Virus record (IMG/VR): IMGVR_UViG_3300002835_000025
Length of the DNA: 64,000 nucleotides
DNA from: a virus
Direction: 5' to 3' (one strand)
The notes below the pieces were generated by a model, which made no database searches, was not told the origin of the DNA, and saw only the letters and a program-made list of their open reading frames with translations. This document shows positions 1-10,600 of the stretch, piece after piece. The first letter of the stretch is position 1. Each line of letters begins with the position of its first letter. The position numbers were made by a program, and so were the translations under genes.

Positions 1-1
1 T

Positions 2-577
2 ATAGTTTGCCGAGGCACTCAAGTTACCGAGTGGCAAGACATAGTTGCTGATATTAGATTCAAACTTGTGCCTAGTAGTTCTGGTATTGGTAAAGTCCAT
101 AAAGGATTCAAAGCATCCGTTGACCATATCTGGGACGATATAGTCAAACTTTTAAAGAAATATCCTAATCGTAGAGTGTATCTTACTGGACATTCATTAG
201 GTGCTGCAATGGCTACTCTTATGGCGGCAAGATGTCATCGAACAGAAGGTATGCCTAATCCAACACTGTATACCTTTGGTTCTCCTAGAGTCGGTAATCT
301 TACCTACATTAGATTCTTGAATAGTCTTAACATAGAACATTATCGGTTTGTTAATAATACTGATATTGTTACTCGTAATCCAATCTTTCCTTATAAGCAT
401 CATGGCAAATTGATGTACTTTGATCACTATGGTGACGTAAGAACCTTCAATAGTTGGCAAAGAATAAAAGACCGTGTAAAAGGATTCTGGTTTGGAATCA
501 AGAAGGGAAAACTGAATTTACTTGATAATCATTTTATGAATAACTATATCGAGAACATCAAGCGAAATTCTTTATAA
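2..577 (+). CDS. Class-3 lipase (alpha/beta hydrolase), 5'-truncated by window edge
   Basis: Frame is open from base 2 (IVCRGTQ..WQDIVAD). Motifs VHKGF, TGHSLGAA (GxSxG), YTFGSPRVG and RFVNNTDIV. Confidence 0.85.
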   Translation: MVCRGTQVTEWQDIVADIRFKLVPSSSGIGKVHKGFKASVDHIWDDIVKLLKKYPNRRVYLTGHSLGAAMATLMAARCHRTEGMPNPTLYTFGSPRVGNLTYIRFLNSLNIEHYRFVNNTDIVTRNPIFPYKHHGKLMYFDHYGDVRTFNSWQRIKDRVKGFWFGIKKGKLNLLDNHFMNNYIENIKRNSL

Positions 578-580
578 ATA
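573..580 (+). promoter_or_regulatory. T4-type late promoter (TATAAATA)
   Basis: Exact gp55 consensus upstream of the tail-module ORF at 612. Confidence 0.7.
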
Positions 581-611
581 GTCGTATAGATACTTTATAA
601 GGATATGAACA

Positions 612-842
612 ATGGCAACACTAACCCTAAGAAATGTTAAGGGTTCACCTCTTACAAATCAAGAAGCAGACGATAACTTATCGAATCTGAATACTGAACT
701 TGGTACTAAACAGAATGCACTAGTTTCGGGTACAAATATCAAAACTATTAACGGTGTATCATTATTAGGATCTGGTGACATCTCATCGAGTGGAGTCTCA
801 CTAGGAAAATCAATAGCAATGTCCATCGCCTTTGGGGGGTAA
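612..842 (+). CDS. Small tail-fibre-related protein
   Basis: LRxxKGSPLTNQEADDN and LVSGTNIKTING motifs typical of phage fibre proteins; AAGGA RBS. Confidence 0.5.
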   Translation: MATLTLRNVKGSPLTNQEADDNLSNLNTELGTKQNALVSGTNIKTINGVSLLGSGDISSSGVSLGKSIAMSIAFGG

Positions 843-845
843 TAT

Positions 846-1241
846 ATGGCAAATCCAAATATAATAAACATTACAGCAATGTATGGTAAGACTACATATC
901 TAACACCCGCGGTTACAACTGCGGTCGTATTATTGACAAACCCCAGTGGTAGCGGTAAAGTATATAAAGTAAATCAAATTTTAGCAGCTAATGTTGACGG
1001 GACAAATAGTATTAACGCCACTATATCAAATTATAGTAACGGTGCAGTAGCTCAAGGTTCTGCTCCTAGTGGCGGTACTGCATATCCATTAATTTATCTA
1101 GTGTCTGTTCCGGCAGGTGCAACTCTGAATGTAGTTGATAAATCTACTTCTATTTATCTGGAAGAAGGTACATCTATTACTGTAACTTCGGGAACAGCTA
1201 GTAAAATCACTTACACTATAAGTTATGAAGACATTTCATAA
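846..1241 (+). CDS. Hypothetical virion/tail-associated protein
   Basis: Beta-rich 131-aa ORF tightly packed in a late operon. Confidence 0.5.
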   Translation: MANPNIINITAMYGKTTYLTPAVTTAVVLLTNPSGSGKVYKVNQILAANVDGTNSINATISNYSNGAVAQGSAPSGGTAYPLIYLVSVPAGATLNVVDKSTSIYLEEGTSITVTSGTASKITYTISYEDIS

Positions 1242-1253
1242 GGAGACTTTCTA

Positions 1254-3179
1254 ATGGTTAATCGTTGGAAAGGTAATTTTGTTGTAGCAGCAGCAACTAC
1301 TTCTAGTGGTACGGATTACACTGGGAAAGCTAATGGTGCTTGGGGTTTAAATAGTCAACTGCAACAAAAGCAAGGTGGTCTTTGGGCTAAAGGAATTGGT
1401 GTACCTTCTGCACCGACTATTGGAACAGCCATAAAAGATAACGCTTCAGCAATAGTTTCTTTTACACCACCTTCAGATACAGGAGGACAACCTATTACTA
1501 GTTACACCGTAACAAGCTCTCCTAGTAATATAACCGCCACAGGTTCTTCTAGCCCAATTACAATAACAGGATTAACTAACGGAACAGCTTATACTTTTAC
1601 AGTAACCGCGACAAACTCAGTAGGTACAAGTCTGCCGTCCGCTGCTAGTAATAGTGTGACGCCAAGTATTCAACCAACAATAGGTCAAGCGTATGGAGGT
1701 GGTTTTTATGCTGGTCAGATTAATGATTCGGGTACAATCTACAATTTAGTTGTTGCACCTAAAGCTACTGGAAATGTTGGTAATACCACATGGGGTCCAA
1801 GTGGAGTAACAACTGGATTTACTTCAACAATTAATGGACCAGTAAACTCAGCGGGACTGGCTGCATTAGGAGCTACTTATCCTGCTGCTACATTCTGTGA
1901 GAACTTGACTATTGGTGGTTATAGCGATTGGTATTTACCGGCTAGAGATGAGCTTGAGGTTTGCTATTATTTCTTAAAACCGACAGCAGATAATAATGAT
2001 ATTCGGTCTGGAAGTAATGCTTATGCTATTGCACCAGAACCTATTAGTACAAATCACACTCCTACTTCACCTGCTCAGACGATTGCAGGTATTGGGTTTA
2101 GAGATGGTGAAACTAATGCGTTTACAATTTCTCCACAACATTATTACCGCACATCAACAGAATTAGATAGCACTAATGATATGCTTTTAAGTTTTCTTAC
2201 AGGATTTGTTAACTCTTACGGTAAAACTTGGAACGGTGGTTCAGTCAGAGCTATTCGTAGAATTTATAATTCTCCTTTTGTTCAACAAGAACCAAATGCT
2301 CCTACTATTACTAGTGTTACTGTAAATAATATTACTGCAACTATTAATTTTACAGCACCAAGTTTTGACGGAAATGCCATTATTATAAGTTATACAGCTA
2401 CAAGTTCTTTTGGAGAAACAGGAAGTGTAACTCAAAGAGGTAGTGGTTCTATAAATGTTAATATTCAAGCATTTAGAGATACTACATTTACTGTAGTAGC
2501 TACAAATTTGATAGGTAATAGTGCGCCAAGTAATACAAGTGCATCCATTAGCGGAGGTCCGCTTATCGGACAATCTTATGGTGGTGGATTCTACGCAGGT
2601 AAAATTTCTACTACAGCTAATGGCATCGCAACCCATGCGCTTATTGTTGCACCTAGAGCTACTGGTTTTGCAAGTAAAAAATGGGGTCCAACTGGAGTGA
2701 CTACAGGTATTGTTTCTCAGATAAATGGACCTGCTAATAGCGCATCTTTAGCTGCTTTAGGAAGCTCTTATGAAGGTGCCACTTTCTGCGAAGGATTAAC
2801 TATTGGTGGTTATACTGATTGGTACTTACCGGCTAAACTAGAAGTAGAAGTAATCTGGTGGTATTTAAGAACAGGTGTTGAAAATTCTCCTGCCCCTTAT
2901 GATGGAGTTACAGGTAAAAACCCATATGCCGTAGCACCAGAACCTATAGATACTGCTTATGTATGGTCGACTTCGTATCCACAATCTTGGATAAATACTT
3001 CGCCAACAATATTTAAATCTGGTGGTATAGAGGCTTACAATGATGATTTTACTTTAACAAGTACAGAAGCAAATTCGAATAGTTATGAAGCAGTTTATAT
3101 GTACACAGTTTGGTGGCATAATGATAATAAATTTACTCATGCTCGCCCAACTAGAGCAGTAAGAAGAATAGCGATATAA
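1254..3179 (+). CDS. Putative receptor-binding/adhesin protein: two tandem FN3 + Lcl/DUF1566 (CLec-like) units
   Basis: FN3 signature (PSAPT..ITSYTVT..GLTNGTAYTFTVTATN). Duplicated IGQxYGGGFYAG...DWYLPAxxExE...STE...RAxRRI. Confidence 0.7.
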   Translation: MVNRWKGNFVVAAATTSSGTDYTGKANGAWGLNSQLQQKQGGLWAKGIGVPSAPTIGTAIKDNASAIVSFTPPSDTGGQPITSYTVTSSPSNITATGSSSPITITGLTNGTAYTFTVTATNSVGTSLPSAASNSVTPSIQPTIGQAYGGGFYAGQINDSGTIYNLVVAPKATGNVGNTTWGPSGVTTGFTSTINGPVNSAGLAALGATYPAATFCENLTIGGYSDWYLPARDELEVCYYFLKPTADNNDIRSGSNAYAIAPEPISTNHTPTSPAQTIAGIGFRDGETNAFTISPQHYYRTSTELDSTNDMLLSFLTGFVNSYGKTWNGGSVRAIRRIYNSPFVQQEPNAPTITSVTVNNITATINFTAPSFDGNAIIISYTATSSFGETGSVTQRGSGSINVNIQAFRDTTFTVVATNLIGNSAPSNTSASISGGPLIGQSYGGGFYAGKISTTANGIATHALIVAPRATGFASKKWGPTGVTTGIVSQINGPANSASLAALGSSYEGATFCEGLTIGGYTDWYLPAKLEVEVIWWYLRTGVENSPAPYDGVTGKNPYAVAPEPIDTAYVWSTSYPQSWINTSPTIFKSGGIEAYNDDFTLTSTEANSNSYEAVYMYTVWWHNDNKFTHARPTRAVRRIAI

Positions 3180-3189
3180 AGGACAATCT

Positions 3190-3618
3190 ATGTATATACA
3201 ACTAACAAACATTGATGCAAATACTAAAATACTTTGCACACAAGAACCAATGAAAACTGGACCAGTTTTACCAGATGTAAAAGGTTTTCAATTTAACTTT
3301 GCTAATGAAAGTATCTATCCAATAGATACAAGTTCAGAAGGAACTTATTTAGAAACTCCTTTATACTATGGTACTTGTGATGATGACGCTGATACTTCTC
3401 TAACAGGAGTAGTTAAAGTGCTTACCGAAGCAGAGTTTAATGCAGATAAACAAGCAGAACATCAAGCTAGAAAACCATATCCTTCTTGGGTAGGTGACTT
3501 AGCTACTATGAGCTGGCAACCTCCAGTTCCTTATCCTCAAGATGGCAATTATTACTATTGGGGTGAACCTACTACTTCATGGGTATTAGTTAATGCTCAA
3601 TCTGCTCCTTCAGCTTAA
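3190..3618 (+). CDS. Tail-fibre-associated/assembly protein (putative)
   Basis: Follows the adhesin; C-terminal KPYPSW..WQPPVPYP..YYW.E...W motif common in phage fibre modules. Confidence 0.5.
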   Translation: MYIQLTNIDANTKILCTQEPMKTGPVLPDVKGFQFNFANESIYPIDTSSEGTYLETPLYYGTCDDDADTSLTGVVKVLTEAEFNADKQAEHQARKPYPSWVGDLATMSWQPPVPYPQDGNYYYWGEPTTSWVLVNAQSAPSA

Positions 3619-3630
3619 TCTTGAAAAGCT

Positions 3631-3820
3631 ATGGACTTTCTAAACTTTATCACTGAAGTAGGATTTCCAATAGCGGCTGCTTGCTTGGGGACAAAATGAT
3701 TCTGGTCAACTAGGACTAGGAAATATTACTAGCTATTCTAGTCCAAAACAAGTCGGTTCGCTAACATCATGGAGTAGGATATTATCAAGTAGACACAATC
3801 TTGCTTTACAAAATGCTTAA
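3631..3820 (+). pseudogene. Chimeric gene remnant: membrane-protein N-terminus joined out of frame to an RCC1-repeat C-terminus
   Basis: 3631-3699 encodes MDFLNFITEVGFPIAAACLGTK*. The +1 frame, 3686-3820, encodes WGQNDSGQLGLGNITSYSSPKQVGSLTSW...*, an RCC1 repeat consensus. Confidence 0.65.
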
Positions 3821-3823
3821 CAA

Positions 3824-3831
3824 TATAAATA
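3824..3831 (+). promoter_or_regulatory. T4-type late promoter
   Basis: TATAAATA upstream of the 3856 ORF. Confidence 0.65.
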
Positions 3832-3855
3832 TAGAGTAAGTTTACTATTTTAATA

Positions 3856-4062
3856 ATGAGGAATAATATGAGTTTAATTTTTACAACTAAAGGCGACCTT
3901 GAAGAATCTTTATTGGTCAAAACAGAAGGATCTGATGAATCTGAAAATGAAATTTCAAATTGGACTGAATATCATTTAGATGATGAACTTGTCAGACGTG
4001 ATGTTCATTTAATACTTAAACAACCCGCAGCATTTACAGATACCGTAATAGGAGAATTTTAA
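3856..4062 (+). CDS. Hypothetical protein (true start probably ATG 3868)
   Basis: ORF with GAGGA RBS before the second Met; coupled to the next gene. Confidence 0.55.
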   Translation: MRNNMSLIFTTKGDLEESLLVKTEGSDESENEISNWTEYHLDDELVRRDVHLILKQPAAFTDTVIGEF

Positions 4063-4520
4063 TGGCTAATACCCAAGCAATGGCAACAACTTTCAAACAA
4101 GATATTCTTAATGGCTTACACGCATTTGGTCCATCAGTGGTTCGTGCTACTACTACTGCAGATACATTTAAAGCGGCACTTTACCTAGCATCTGCTTCAC
4201 TTGGTGCTACAACTACTGCTTATACTTCTACTGGTGAAGTTACTGGTACAGGTTATACAGCCGGTGGTGTTACTGTAGCTACTGCAACTGCACCAAGCAA
4301 TGCTGGTACTACTGCTTTCTTCACACCTTCAGCTTCAATCGTATTCTCTGGTGTAACTTTATCAACATCATTTGATGCTGTGTTAATTTATAACAACACT
4401 GCTGCTGGTAAAAATGCTGTATCGGTTCACACATTTGGTGCTCAAACAGTAACCGCTGGAACATTTACTTTAACTATGCCTACTAACGATGCTACAAACG
4501 CTTTGATTAGAATTGCATAA
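4062..4520 (+). CDS. Hypothetical structural protein
   Basis: Ala/Thr-rich; highly expressed codon style; AGGAG RBS. Confidence 0.6.
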   Translation: MANTQAMATTFKQDILNGLHAFGPSVVRATTTADTFKAALYLASASLGATTTAYTSTGEVTGTGYTAGGVTVATATAPSNAGTTAFFTPSASIVFSGVTLSTSFDAVLIYNNTAAGKNAVSVHTFGAQTVTAGTFTLTMPTNDATNALIRIA

Positions 4521-4609
4521 TAAATAATAATGTCTCTTATATTATTATAGGTAATTACACCATGATATAAGATGTTAGTTAACTACTTTCAAAGGATGAA
4601 GACAAGTTA

Positions 4610-7600
4610 ATGGCTTTTATATCTGGTGCTAATTCATATTTTTTATCCGATTGGGTATCCTTAGATTATACTGTTCCTGGAGTATCACCTGCAGGAACAG
4701 TATACCTCAATTCAGTTTTTCCATCTACATCTTATACATTACTTTATAATTCTTCATCGGTATCAACAGGACTAGTTTCTAATAATACTACAGTTGATTC
4801 TTTTGGAATATCATCATCAATCCAGACAGTATCAGTATTACCAATAATATCAAGTGGTGTTATCGGTAATGCTTCTACATCTTTAAATTCTAGTCTTACA
4901 AATTCTAGTATTGGATTCTTATCAGGTAATACAGGTTCTACTTCCATAAGTAACGAACCAACTAATACTACAATATTACTACAAACTAATGCAAGTTACC
5001 TATCAGTAGGAATTCCTTATCCTGTTGTTTCTGGTCCAATAACTAATAATATTACTAACACATCAACTGGCGTGATTGGTAAAAATGTTACCGTTGGTTT
5101 ATCAGGAACATTAAGTACTGGTGCAGTATCATCTCCTATTGCTAATACTAATATCACTCCTAATAATGTCATTTCTAATGGACAAACAGGAACATTGATT
5201 GGTTCCAATTCTACATCTGTTACTGGTAATTCTGTAGCATTTACAATCAATGATATTAGCAATTTTGTATCAGGTTCATACAATAACCCAGCATACTTCT
5301 TGTCAGATTGGGTAAGTATTGATTACACCGTTTATTCTAATCTGGTTGTTGGTGTTACTAGAATTGGTTTTGTTTCTAATGGATACGAAGTTTCTATAAC
5401 AGGAAATGCTGCTTCTACTTCTGTTGGAATTGAACCTAATAATCTAATGGTTCAGGTACCTAGCATAATCAATCAGACTCAGATTGGTTCTGTAACAAAT
5501 TCAAGTACGAATTCCATTAGCGGTAATTCAACATCATCTAGTATAGGATCTGTAGTCCAATCGACTTCATTGTCTGTTGTTGGTAATCTTGCTACTGGTT
5601 CTATAGGAAACGAACCAACTTATACGACAACTTCAGTAACTGGAAATGGTGCATCAACTAGCATAAATTCAGTAATAGCATCAAGCACAAATTATATTAC
5701 TGGAAATCTTGCTACAACTTCTGTTGGTAATGAACCTACCTATACAAATACATCACTTACCGGAACATCAAGTTCAGTAATACTAAATCCATTAAGCTAT
5801 TCTTATACTACTTCTATAACAGGAAATCAAAGTAATACTTCAGTCGATTCTGTTATCAAAGCAGTTGTTGCTAGCATTACTGGTAATAGCACTTCTATTA
5901 CTGTAAATAGAATCTCAACATCAGTAACCGGAACGTACAACAATCCTGCTTATTATCTTTCTGATTGGATTGAATTAGATTATACCGTTTATTCTAATCT
6001 AATTGTTGGTATAACCAGAACAGGATCGTTATCCAAAGAATACGAAGTTTCTATAACAGGAAACATTGCTACTGCTTCTATAGGAACTGAACCCAATAAT
6101 ACTACTGTACAACTATCAGGTTCAATTGCATATACTGATACTGGTTCATTATATCCAGAAAACTATAATTCTAATACAGGTATTCTGAATTCGGTATCGA
6201 TAAGTTCATTAGCAAAAATCAATACCAATTCTATTATTGGCAATTTTGCTAATACATCTATAGGAACTGAACCTAACAATACTACAGTATCAATCTCGAA
6301 TAATTCAATCTATTCTAGTATTGGTTCTACAAGTATTTCTAGTACAAAATCTGTGTCAGGCAATACTGCAGTCATTTCTATTAGTAATGAACCAACTAAT
6401 ACAGTAGTTCAATTAACAAACAACATCGGTTCTGTTGGTATTGGTTCGATAGTAACTTCTAACACATTAACATCTAGTGGATTACTTGGTTCGACTAATA
6501 CTAATTCTGTAATAGCAATAGCATCAAATTCTATATCTGGTAATGAATTATCAACTGATATAGGATCTGTTGTTCAATCCTTTAGTAATCTGTCTGGAGG
6601 AATCAGTCAGTCATATTATCTTTCTGATTGGGTTGAATTAGATTATACCGTTTACTCACATCTTATTCTTGGTATCGGTAAACTAGGAAGACCTGATAAT
6701 TCTCATATAGTAGAATTGACTGGAACTTCAGCTACTGCTTATATTGGAATTGAATCTGATAGTGTAACTTACGTTATAACAGGCAATACTGCCAACACTA
6801 ACATCAATTCAGTAACTGGAATTGTATCGGTCAATGCTTATTTGACTGGTAATAGTAGTTCTTCAAGTGTTGGTCAATTAACGATTACTAATACTAATCC
6901 AGTTACTGGTAACGTAGGAACATTCCAATCCATTCCTGTTGAAAGAAAACTATCTAACGACACGACATATTATTCATCAGATTGGGTATCGTCAGATTAT
7001 ATCGAACCTGGCCATATCATTCTTGGTACTGGTCAGATTGGTTCAGTTACTGCTAATGTAATTGCTAATCCAGGTGATGTTTTCCTATATGGAACATCAG
7101 CAACTGCTAGTATAAATTCTGTAATACCATCGCAATCAATTACTGTTGTTGGTAATACTGCTGATGTCTTTATAGGTATTCAATCTGAACAGAATACACT
7201 TTCTGTAATTGGAACATCAAGTGCAACAGCAATAGGATCTGTTGTTAAATCTAGTTCTATCAATCTAGTAGGAAATATTGCTACTACTTTGATTGGTACA
7301 GAAACTTACGACATTACATTACCTATTTCTGGTAATGGTATTATAACATCAATCAACTCAGTCCAACAAGTATTGTCTGTTGATGCCGAGTCTAATATTA
7401 CATCAATTTCTACCAGTTCATTAGACAAATTTGCATTTACTAATCTTATAGGTAATGTTGGTTCTACTTCTATAGGCAATGAACCAAATTACTCTACAAC
7501 TTCGATTCAAGGTAATACTGGTTTAGTTGTAATTTCTGATGTTGCTCAATCTAATTCTATATCAATTAGTGGTAATACAATTTCTACTGCTGTAGGAACT

Positions 7601-10600
7601 GAACCAAATAGAACTACAATATTACTAACTGGATTTACTAATAGTGTTAATATTGGTATTCTAACTAATGATATTAAAGTTGCCGTATTAGGAAATGCTA
7701 CTACCGGGTTTGTATCATCTGTCACTAATGCAAAAGTATTATCGATTAGTGGTAATTTAAGTACGTCCTCTATTGGATCTGTTTCTCAAACTGGTTCTAG
7801 TGTTTCTTCTGGTGTATCAAGTTCATTCGATACAAATACAGTTCAGTATTCTACTATAACTGGATTGACTGGTAATACTGCTACCCTTTCTATTGCTAAT
7901 GAACCTACTAATGTTACTGTTTCATTATACGGAAACGGAATAACTTCAAATATTGGTTCGATTGTATCTAAATTTAACCAAACCAATATTGTTGGTAATG
8001 GATCATTAACTAGTATTGGTTCGATTACTGGTTATAGTGTCACTACTTCTATCAGAGGTAATACTGCTTCTTCTGCTGTCGGTTCACAACCTAATAACAT
8101 TGTTCTATCAATCAATAGTGTTGGTAATGACATATTCAGTAGCATTGGAAGTGTATCCAAATTCAGTGTAACTAATATAGTAGGTAATACTGCTACTACA
8201 TCAATAGGAATTGAATCTAATAATATTACTTTGAGAATTTCTGGAGTTGGAAGTACTACTTCAATCAACTCAACAGTATTCTCTAAAGTTGTTCCAATTA
8301 CTGGTTCAAGTTCATCTATTACTCTTGACCAAATTGATTATTACAATGTCAATTCCATTGTTGGTAATACTGCTACTACTGCACTTGCCAATGAATCTAC
8401 AAATTTAGTATTAGGACTATTCGGCAATGTTGGTACAATATCAACTAGTTCTTTACCTAAGTTCAGCAATACATCCATATCCAAAACTAGTGCTAATGCT
8501 TATCTAAATTCAATAGGTCATGATAATACTACTAGCATTACCGGTATTACTAGTACAACTTCTGTTGGTACTGAACCAAATAATACTACTTTATTGCTAT
8601 CAGGCAATCTGGGTAATATTACATCAGGCAATATAACACCAAATGCAATATCGACTGCTGTAGGTTCTAGTTTAACTTCTAGCATAAGCAATACTAAAGC
8701 ATTAAGTTATTCAGATACTAGTGGCAATGAACTATTAACTTTCTTAGGTAATATCCAAGAAGATGTTAAAGTTGCTATTATTGGCAATACTGGTTCTATA
8801 TCAGTTGGTTCTGAACTTAACAATACAACTAATTCAGTAACTGGAACGTCAAGTTATTCTGCTATAGGATCTGTTGCTAAATCTGTTGCTAATAATATCA
8901 CAGGATTATCAAATACCACATCTTCAGGATTAATAATCCAATCAGTTGATGTTGGTATAAGAGGTATTACTTCCGCATTTGCTATAGGAACTGAACCTAA
9001 TAATACTATCGTTTCTGTATCAGGAATATCAGCATATTCTAATCTTGGTTTTGCTACTGGTAATACAAGCACAGATTCCACTAATGCTATTGCTACTGGT
9101 TCAGTATCTACAGTAACTCAATCATCAGAATATGCATTAAATGGTTCTTCTAGTTTAATATCAGTATCAAGTACATTAGCTAATCTGATAACAGATTCAA
9201 CTGGTATTGTATCTTCTATTGATACTGGATTCGTATTACCACAAAGTTCAGGCAATATTACTGGTAATACTGGTTCTACTTCTGTAGGAACTGAACCTAC
9301 TAATACAATAATATCAATATCGAATGCATCTGCTCAAGGTGTTGTTGGATATTCAGTACCAACAAAAGTAGTCAATTTAAGCAATACCCTTTCTAGTACC
9401 AGTGTTGGTAATTCTGGTGTTAATGTCATTATTGGAATATTAGGAAATTCTGCTAAAGGAACCTTATTTGGTGATTCATCTACTGTAGAAAGCAATTCAG
9501 TTACAGTTGCATCGACTGGTAATTCTAGTAGTATAGTATTGGGTAATCTAACCAAAATATCATCTACTAATATCAATGGTAATTCGACATTAGGATCTAT
9601 TGGTAATACGCAAAATGGATTAAACTATACCATATTAGGTAATACTGCTACTGGATTAGTTGGTAATGAACCAACCAATACTACTCTTGTATTATCTGGC
9701 AACAGCATTAGTATCCAACAAGGAATTATATCCAAAACAAGTATTACTAATGTTACAGGTAATACTGCTACTGGATCTGTTGGTAATGAACCTACTAATA
9801 CAGTTTTAGCAATTACTAGTAACACTTCCACAAACTATGTGGGAGACGTTAATAAATCCAGTGATGTTGGAATACTTACTAATGTATTAACTTCAGCAGT
9901 AGGAACTACTGGAAAAGATACTAGCACTTCTATAACAGGTATTACTGGTGCTACTTCTGTAGGAACTGAACCTACCAATACAATTGTAACGCTTTCTGGT
10001 AATACACTATTCAGTTCAATTGGATTGCCACAAGTTACCAATGACAATACTGTCAATACCATTAGTTCTTCTGGTATTGCAGGTAATGTATTATCAAAAT
10101 TAGAAATATCTAACATTGGCAACATTGGTTCATTTGATGTTGGTAATGCTTTAGCAATAATCAGTAAAAATGTATCTGGTAATAGTAGTACAGGAAATAC
10201 TAATACCGTTTCAGTATCAAGAACAACTGATATTTTTGGTATAACTGGTGCTACTTCATTAGCAAATGAACCAACTAATACTATTGTTTCTATAACAGGA
10301 ACTTCTAGTTCAATATCATTAAGTTCAGTTGCTCAAATTGGTTCTAGTGATATTACAGGAATTCCATTAACTGGATTATTGGATTCTAATTTAGTTAAAT
10401 TTAGTGTTACTAATATCCAAGGCAATACTGGTTCAACTGCTATAAGCAAAGATCCTAGCAACACATTTGTTTCTATATTTGGTAATGCTGCTTCTAGTTC
10501 TATTGATAACGTAACAACATCAAATACCATTCTTGCTATCAGTAACGTAGCAACAGCATCGATTGGAATAAGACCTTCAAATACCACTATAGGAATTTCA

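Noticed and set aside
1254-3179. Complete diversity-generating retroelement
   Set aside because: No reverse transcriptase or adenine-specific template repeat in the window; the two units differ at all base types
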